Of a stretch of 42,248 nucleotides of DNA, positions 36,517 through 42,248 are shown piece after piece. Numbering within the stretch: the stretch's first letter is position 1; the number at the start of each line of letters is the position of its first letter. The position numbers were made by a program, and so were the translations under genes. Below the pieces are notes generated by a model. It was not told where the DNA came from. It worked only from the letters and a program-made list of their open reading frames with translations, and did no database searches. This DNA comes from Perkinsus chesapeaki ATCC PRA-425 (Eukaryota > Protista > Perkinsozoa), in the NCBI GenBank assembly GCA_013115145.1, contig JAAPAO010000292.1, positions 1-42,248 on the forward strand, read 5' to 3'.

Positions 36517-37300
36517 TTTCTAGTGCGAGGTGGAGAAGAGCGCCATTACTAAAGTAGACATCAGCTATTCTTCAGTGACACTCGGGTGGTCACTGCCGGG
36601 AATACTAGGCGAGTTCTCGAGGCAAGCCTTAGAATAGACCTATCTGACGTTTTGCTACACCGTCGGATGCTCTGTATGGCTCTGACAAGTGAGCCCCAGG
36701 CTTAAAACTGCTGATAGGTGTTTGAGTGACGAAATTAGTAACCACGGGAATCGTATTCGCGGTCGGTCACACCAGAATTCGTGACCGCCACAGCTAAACG
36801 CGGACCATCCAAAGTTTGAGTTCCAAACGCGTGGGCCGCGCGCAAATCAGGTATGATAGTATTGACCATCACCCTTGACAGTAACCGATAGTTGAGCTCA
36901 CGTTGGCAGTCGATATTCAACTGTGACTCTGTCGCAACCGGACTACTGGATCTACTGAGACTACGAAGTTCTTTACGATTGATCCTAGTGCGTTAGGAGC
37001 GAGGAACTTGGTAACCCTTGAAAGCTCCATTAAAGCTGCATCGAACTCATACTATTGCATCTGGGTTCCAGCCTACATGCAATACTCCCCACTCATACAC
37101 ATGTTTCAAGACATGGCGAAGGGAGACAGGCTGCCTGTCACAGGCATGCGCGGCACCTGGCCGGTTTTTTGGCGGCGGGGTCGGGCGCTGAACCATGAAC
37201 TCTAGCAAATAAGAGCGTTGCCACCGTAAGAGCTCGGTAAGACACTGGTAGGGTAATCGAAGTGCGCAGTGGTTGGCTAATACTGGTAAACCTACATAAC

Positions 37301-37851
37301 GATCGGTGACACCGATCCATGTTACCGCCGGTGATCCATGTCACCGATTCGGTGATTCACCCGTCTGAAAAACTCCTGATCAGAGACGATCTCATCTCAG
37401 GCTGGAAGCTCAGACGGAGCTCGAGGGCAACAACTATTCCTCGTGAATAGGCACGATGTCCAGAACATTCGGCATTCTATTTTTGCGAAGATCCCATTAA
37501 TTTACCCAAGTTGTACCACTTGTGATGGGTTATCCAACATAAGCACTACTCATCGAATAGTACTCCCCGTGACCCGCACACTTGCAGTCGTCGTCACCCC
37601 GCATGAGCAGTGGTCGGCAGCTAACGGATGACGTCAATGCGGAACGCGTGAGTTTGAGCCTCCATTAGCTTAACAGCGCTTGATTGCAGCCCTCACGTGA
37701 CAGCCCTCCCAAGTTGGGAGTCCCAACTCACTATCCCCGGAGTCAAATGTTTCACTCTCAATGATGCAACGTTTGTGTGATGACCGAATCAGTCAGACCG
37801 ATATGCTTCAGCCAATACGTTGTGGACGGAACCCAGTGGGTTCAACCCACT
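37301..37851. repeat. Cluster of excision scars and 1-nt-spacer palindromes
   Basis: Perfect 22-mers at 37706-37727 (T=CTCCCAAC) and 37829-37850 (T=GAACCCAC). Palindromes at 37301-37317 and 37341-37361. Confidence 0.82.
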
Positions 37852-38170
37852 CCTCGCGCGCTAGTCGAGCGCTCCCCTCCCCCGGCAGGGCCCGCCGAGC
37901 TTATGTTCTAGAGAGGAATGCATTCTGAACCAGTAGTCGACGTAACACTTAGTGCCGTCCGACGGAATCCGGAGATTTAATTTACGGTTTACATTCCTGC
38001 GCCGTCCCAACCGCAGTGCGAGCCTCGTACTCGCATAGCGTAAAGTTCATATTGAGCAGCTTGGGTTGAGCCTGTCGTTATGGGATCAGCAGGGTGCCTT
38101 CTCGCTTCATCGAGAGCCTAATCCCGCTGGCCATGAGTCAGAACTCACACTCAGTTCAACCAAGCTTTTG

Positions 38171-39693
38171 ATGTATACCCTACCTTTTATTATCACATGC
38201 ATCGTATCACACGCCGATGCAGTCGAGGAGTGGCAGCCAGCTGATGGGAACTGTCTCGGAGACTGCAAGGAATGCTACGAGTTCCTATCTCGACCAGTGC
38301 TACCGCATGCCGGAGCTCGTGGATATCTGAACGTAAGGGCAGGAAGTAATGCCGATACGCATAAGAGTCGCTTCCCATGCTATCCTAGGGCACAGTATAT
38401 GATAATCTTAGACTGTATAACTTCGGCTGCTCGGAACAGCAGTAACTTACTGTCAGCATGTACAATACATTCGTCATCGATAGAAATTCAACAACTGTTC
38501 CTTATGCGTTCGAGGTTTACACACAAAGTAGAGAGTTGCCCGTTCCCCACCGGTGTCTTGAACTATAAGCCATATTCAACAAGGGAATTCCTAGTTGAAT
38601 TTCTCGCTTCTTCTTTTCTAAATCTAGTTTTTCCCCTCAGTCGTCGCTCTTTGGGATCGAAGTGCTCAGCAGATTCGTATCCGACCCGGAAGTGTGTGAC
38701 ACTAGTGTCCTTCATCTCATTCACCCACTCCATAACGTCCGCACTCTATCCGCATGTGGTGCCGATCTAGGGGTAGCGATTGCTCAGTGCTGCCAATCAA
38801 CCCGGCAACTTCTATCTGAGATCTTCCCGATGGCGGTTGCCTTGAGTGTACGAGAGGCATTGGATCTGGAGCGTGCCACTAATTTATTGCACAGAACTAA
38901 TCAGTTAGTCGATGAGTTTGCTACCAAGATGACGAGCCTTGTTTCGAATACGACTCTGAGCGTAGATGATCTTATCCCCGAATTTGTGAAAACGATAACA
39001 GCTGTATTAACAATACCCGAGGGAGTGTCGATTCAAAGCACTCTGCAAGCAAGCGGTTACTGGAGACAGTTTATGGAGCAAGCGCAACTCACGTTCGCTC
39101 TGAGTGAACTCTATTCCGAGATCGTCACCGTCAGTGGAAGCTCGGCGACTTTAGATGGCATTCCCCCTATACGTTGGAGCAACGAGATATATGGTCGCCA
39201 CTGGGATGTTGTGACCCACCTGTTCAGCGAAGCTGGAAAGAGGCAGAAGACTAGCTTTGTCGAGATTGGCATGGCCTGTGGTCCAAATGGTAAGGTTCTA
39301 TTACAGAGATATCCACAGTTAAATGAGTATATTGCTATGGATCCAAACCTCAACGAGGACGCTAAGTCAGACTTCATTCAGTTTGGCCGTCGTGCAATGA
39401 TATATCACAATACATCCAGCGAAGTGGCAGAAGTTATTCCTAACGAGTCGATAGATATGCTCTTCGTTGATGGTCCACATACATACAACAATGTTAAGAA
39501 CGATCTAGAGCGGTGGTATATGAAAGTGGCCCCGAACGGCGTTGTAAGTGGACATGATTTCACTTGCCAACATCCGCCTTTGATGTGGGCTGTAGTAGAA
39601 TTCGCACGTTCTGTTGGAGTTGAATACATCAATGTTAGCATGGATGGTGTCTGGTGGTGGATAAAGCATGATGTAACTAGCGATTTGAGTTGA
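38171..39693 (+). CDS. Class I SAM-dependent methyltransferase (Methyltransf_24-like) with a signal peptide or anchor
   Basis: MYTLPFIITCIVSHADA start. C-terminal FVEIGMACG, IDMLFVDGPHTYNNVKNDL, VAPNGVVSGHDF. Short introns in the 5' part. Confidence 0.85.
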
Positions 39694-40016
39694 TACAACC
39701 GACGAAGGCGTTGAGTTATACTGAGCGACCGGAGCGGTACGCTAATGATGCTAATAAATGATACTCGAATTATATCATGGTAGGATGCTCCTAATAGGAT
39801 GTAACTAGGAAGAGTCCGGCAGTGTTTGCAGGGGAATACGCTGATCAGTCCTATCTTTTCGCAAGGGCTTATTGCCGGGCCGGCGAGTGTAGGAAAATTT
39901 GCCGCATCTCACCAACGCTTGTTGGTGAGGAAGTTCAAGGCGTGAGGAAATTTCTCCGGGAGAAGAGGGGAAATCAGTTTTTACAGGTTTGGCCCAGACT
40001 GTGGGGGCAAGAACTA

Positions 40017-40038
40017 CTGTACTGAGTACAGTGTACTC
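40017..40038. repeat. Perfect 22-bp excision scar (T=CTGTACTC)
   Basis: ctgtact-gagtacag-tgtactc. Confidence 0.85.
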
Positions 40039-40236
40039 GAAATTGAAACCATGCAGAATGGAGGCCATAATGTCTCGGAAAAGTGTGATTACCACCTCTC
40101 ATGGAACTCATGGTATAGCCATGACACTAGCGTGCTCGGCTCCTATCCGTGTCAAGGTGCCCAGAGCGCTGCCACGTACTCTCACTTTGCTTTCCATGCC
40201 TCATGCGATCAAACGATTTACTCTACCACAATATAA

Positions 40237-42020
40237 ACGGCCTCACGCGAGCAAGTTGAGTGTTTTTACTGCGGAAAACGGGACCGCAAGGATAACCTTA
40301 AGAAGAACAGACATTTCGAGAAGCACCATCGAGGGATGCCCGAGAGATACAAGCCCTATGGAGGGGCCGTGTCTCTCCATGCATTTCTCCCGAAGAAACG
40401 CACCCGACAGGAGAGTGATAACGAGCTTGAAGGTAAGAAATTCCGGACAGACTCACAAACCAATTTAACGCCTGAAGCGCATTTACTTCGCGAGATGGTA
40501 TAGAACGCTACGCACGCTACGGGCCTGATATAGGATACATTGCTCATGACTTCTCAGTTGCTTCGAGAGAAAACAAATCGACCAAAGGCACTCCTCCACC
40601 CGCTTCATCTTCGCCTTCATCTTCATCTTCATCATCCTCTACGGCTGCTGCCGTTGATGCCCCTGCCCTCCCATCCATCGTCGTGAAGAACGATGATCCA
40701 CTGGAAGTTGCTCAGCATATCCCATCGAGTGAGCTAGATTATCCGGCTGATCAAGAGCTCGAGTCGCCAAAGAGCCAGAGTAAGGTGTACCCTCTTTTCA
40801 ATGTTCCAACCACAGTACATGGCATGCTTAAATCGCAAGGCGCAACACTGAAGTCTCATACCGAGCTTCTCAAGTCCATCGAGCAAAAGCTCTCCGAAAT
40901 TGGCGCCACCGAACAGAAGCGTAGGAGTGTCATCGACTTTAAGAGGGAGATTATCGCTACTGGCTCCTACACGATAAGTGAAGTCTTCCAGGAGGTGGAG
41001 TGCAAGATATGCGCATTGTATAAGCGGTCTCTCCTTCATGGTGAGAGACCAAGGGGAATCTCGAGGATCGGGGTGTTCCGGTTCAGTGATGATTTCGATA
41101 GCGTCAAGCGGCGAAATTTGCTCGGGTCCCTCAGGGAGCATCTGACCACCGCGACTCAACTCAAATGCGCCAGGCTCGCAGAGCTCGGACGGACGAGTGT
41201 CGATAGATCCGCTGAGCTCGCTCTCGCGAGGTGTGCCTACTTCTGTGCGCTTGAGGGCCTCAGTGGTTTGGCGTACGAGCGCTTACTTGCTCTGAACTCT
41301 CTCAACGGAGTAGATATCGGCGACCAGGGGCACTCCAGGAGGTCATTTCTGGCTGGTATCACGAAGGCGATGGTGCTGGAACTGAAGGACCGAATTCAAT
41401 GTCTCTTCACGAAGAAATGGGCCTGTTTCAAAGGCAGATGTTCTCCAATAGCTGCGAGTTGCGATAAAATGAGCCATCTGCTGAGTAAGAGTGAGTAAGG
41501 CGATCACGTTAGGTAACCTTGCGACGGAGAACGTTACAGCCTGTTGCCGCTCTCACAATGGTTGCGGGGGTCGTAAAGCCATACCTGCTTAGCGCACCCG
41601 TTGCCGTGGCCAAAACTGGGGATTCACTTTGCACCCTCTTAACGACTGCTCTCGAAGAGTTTTTCGAGCGTGATTTCCTGGGACGCTATATCGTGGGCAT
41701 CGCTACTGATGGGGAGTACCACAATCTCAGACTAGGGTCACGCCTTAGTGACTCCCTGGGAATAGAATCCGAACGTCTCTCTCGCAGCTGGTGCGTTGCC
41801 CACAGATTAGAACTTGTTTGTAATGATCAGGGTTGTACATTCGGGAACAATTTTTTTCTTCCCAAGAATTGTTCCAAGGAATAAATGGGAAGAAAGAAAA
41901 GTTGGTATTGTGCCGGGGAACAATGTAAAAAAGGGAACAAAAAAGCCGCAGGCTTGAAATTTTTTTACGATTGTTTTTTTTGGTCAGAAATGAGGCTTAA
42001 ATTGTTATTTTGCAGCATAA
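40237..42020 (+). pseudogene. Second hAT transposase of the same family, damaged and truncated
   Basis: ECFYCGKRDRKDN...HFEKHHRGMPERYK, SPIAASCDK, YLLSAPV, ATDGEYH and WCVAHRLEL are homologous to 2511..5450. ACG stands at the start position. Introns at 40433..40557 (GT-AG) and 41469..41512 (AT-AG). Frame breaks after ~41830. Confidence 0.82.
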
Positions 42021-42248
42021 TTCCCACTGATGAAAAGGGTGAGATCAGTTCCTCTGCTCAGTCTGTTCAGGTTTCTCTGGAGGGAACTTTGGTTACGGTC
42101 CGTTGGGGAAACGTTCGTGCAATATGCATGTAGAGTGCACAACCTAGTGCTGGGAACAGATGCGACACGAGTACGCCCATTATGGGGCCAGGGTGACCCA
42201 TAGGTCTTCCTCCACACCGTTAGCCTGCTCTTCCGACACGGCTTAAAG

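Noticed and set aside
39782-39803. gtaggat-gctcctaa-taggatg as a further scar
   Set aside because: It needs three mismatches to fit the pattern, too weak to count.
2203-40038. Palindrome clusters as CRISPR, REP elements, terminators or TF sites
   Set aside because: The context is eukaryotic, there are no constant repeats with spacers, and each palindrome has a different sequence but the same geometry. That fits repair scars, not a shared binding motif.
41830-42020. Sudden run of homopolymers and frameshifts in hAT copy 2
   Set aside because: Looks like low-quality read or assembly-edge sequence rather than biology; needs raw reads.

Overview
Gene-dense eukaryotic protist DNA with short GT-AG introns. 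The style suggests an alveolate such as Perkinsus, but that is inference and not proven by the sequence. Genes in order: 5' part of a POT/PTR2 peptide transporter, an apparently intact hAT transposase, an S28 (Pro-X carboxypeptidase-like) peptidase, a non-LTR RT fragment, an ankyrin-repeat gene, V-ATPase subunit d, a PP2C-MYND fusion, an amidohydrolase_2, a Myb/SANT-like protein, two tandem QSOX genes, a kinesin-like protein with degenerate nucleotide motifs, a small Cys-rich secreted protein, a SAM methyltransferase and a second, damaged hAT transposase. The main signal is a stereotyped 22-bp scar, T(1-7)+revcomp(T)+T(2-8), where T is an 8-mer. I found 12 perfect and about 8 near-perfect copies. 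The T 8-mers fit the nTnnnnAn hAT target consensus, so they look like hAT excision footprints repaired by one fixed hairpin-opening and annealing route (+14 bp). One scar appears to frameshift the S28 gene. All gene models were read by hand and several ends are approximate.
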